Positions 63,517-64,000 of a stretch of 64,000 nucleotides of DNA are shown in pieces. This DNA is from Chloroflexi bacterium 54-19 (lineage in GTDB: Bacteria > Chloroflexota > Chloroflexia > Chloroheliales > Chloroheliaceae). The position numbers and the translations under genes were made by a program. The stretch is from assembly GCA_001898225.1 (NCBI GenBank), contig MKTJ01000034.1, forward strand, positions 13,871 to 77,870. The letters are read 5' to 3'. The notes beneath the pieces are model-generated. The model had not been told where the DNA came from. It worked only from the letters and a program-made list of their open reading frames with translations, and searched no databases. Every line of letters begins with the position of its first letter. Within the stretch, counting starts at the first letter, position 1.

Positions 63517-63855
63517 TTAAATATGACCGCCAACGAAGGCAGCCCGGATAAATTCCCTGGCATCCTGGTTTCCCCGGAGGCGCAGCCAGCAGGGGCCGAG
63601 GTCCGGCTCGAAGACCAGTTCGAAGCGGAGAAAACGGCAGCACTCACGCTCGTTTTTGATAAATTCCAGGATAGGGCCAGCCGCCAACTCAACTTTGTCG
63701 AAGCGAAAGGCATAGCCGTCCGCCAGTTCTACCACCTGGGCGCACTCTTTGAAAAAACCGGCGTTTTCGTCCTTGCGCTTGTTCAGTTCGTTGGGAGAGA
63801 GACTGCATACTACCGGCAAATCTACATTCAAATCTTCATTCAGGCTATTACTCAT
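63517..63855 (-). CDS. Small hypothetical protein with a conserved-looking ECC motif
   Basis: 112 aa with the string ERECCRFLRFEL. I recognise no family. A dyad-containing promoter-like sequence lies upstream. Confidence 0.5.
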   Translation of the reverse strand: MSNSLNEDLNVDLPVVCSLSPNELNKRKDENAGFFKECAQVVELADGYAFRFDKVELAAGPILEFIKNERECCRFLRFELVFEPDLGPCWLRLRGNQDAREFIRAAFVGGHI

Positions 63856-64000
63856 AGAGGCTCCTCTTTCGACTTACAATTGGTCTTGTGACCGTTGCCT
63901 TTCTTCACTTCTCATGCTAGGGTAACAGTTAAAGTTGACTTTAAGTCAAGACCCAGATTTAAACTGAGTTTATAAAATGTTTGTAGGCTATAACAGGCAG

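Noticed and set aside
1-64000. CRISPR arrays, rRNA or tRNA genes, transposases, integrases and prophage structural genes.
   Set aside because: I looked for regularly spaced direct repeats, T-arm GTTCGAA-type motifs and DDE or tyrosine-recombinase-like ORFs and saw none. Repeats found are short dispersed motifs or intragenic low-complexity runs.

Overview
64-kb chromosomal window from a moderately GC-rich bacterium, about 60% G+C in the lines I counted by hand. The gene content and a recurring ~75-aa secreted repeat module suggest Chloroflexota, but that is inference only. I support about 50 protein genes, mostly housekeeping: secDF, an rplI-dnaB-DnaD-like-DnaC/DnaI-like replication cassette, metH behind a clear SAM-I riboswitch with terminator, ftsK, polA and serA. 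The rest include a B. subtilis-type thiF, two OmpR-type response regulators, a GAF histidine kinase, a MacB/FtsX-type ABC pair, two MFS exporters, GH15, an amidase, a CocE/NonD hydrolase, a GGDEF cyclase and several secreted beta-propeller proteins. I saw no rRNA, tRNA, CRISPR array, transposase or integrase. The strongest candidate for a new system is a ~2-kb AT-rich insertion (about 33.2-35.26 kb, ~35% G+C in a counted line) between serA and a Gly-rich secreted-protein gene. It has its own near-consensus promoter, terminators on both sides and three translationally coupled genes: a TIGR04255-like protein, an orphan protein and a HEPN-domain protein with an R-x4-H signature. There is no nucleotidyltransferase partner, which suggests an undescribed HEPN-based toxin or defence module. 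Other observations are an intergenic quasi-palindromic repeat built on AACGTT-N-AACGTT (six sites, including an identical 18-mer 17 kb apart and a cluster in the serA leader) and a second dispersed element (GTCATTCCGAGCG...) with a covarying mini-hairpin. A 275-nt out-of-frame overlap joins the DnaD-like and loader genes. A response regulator sits in line with two paralogous Pol-beta-type nucleotidyltransferases. Several low-GC orphan genes and unexplained long spacers are also listed. All homology calls come from reading motifs by eye; no database search was run.
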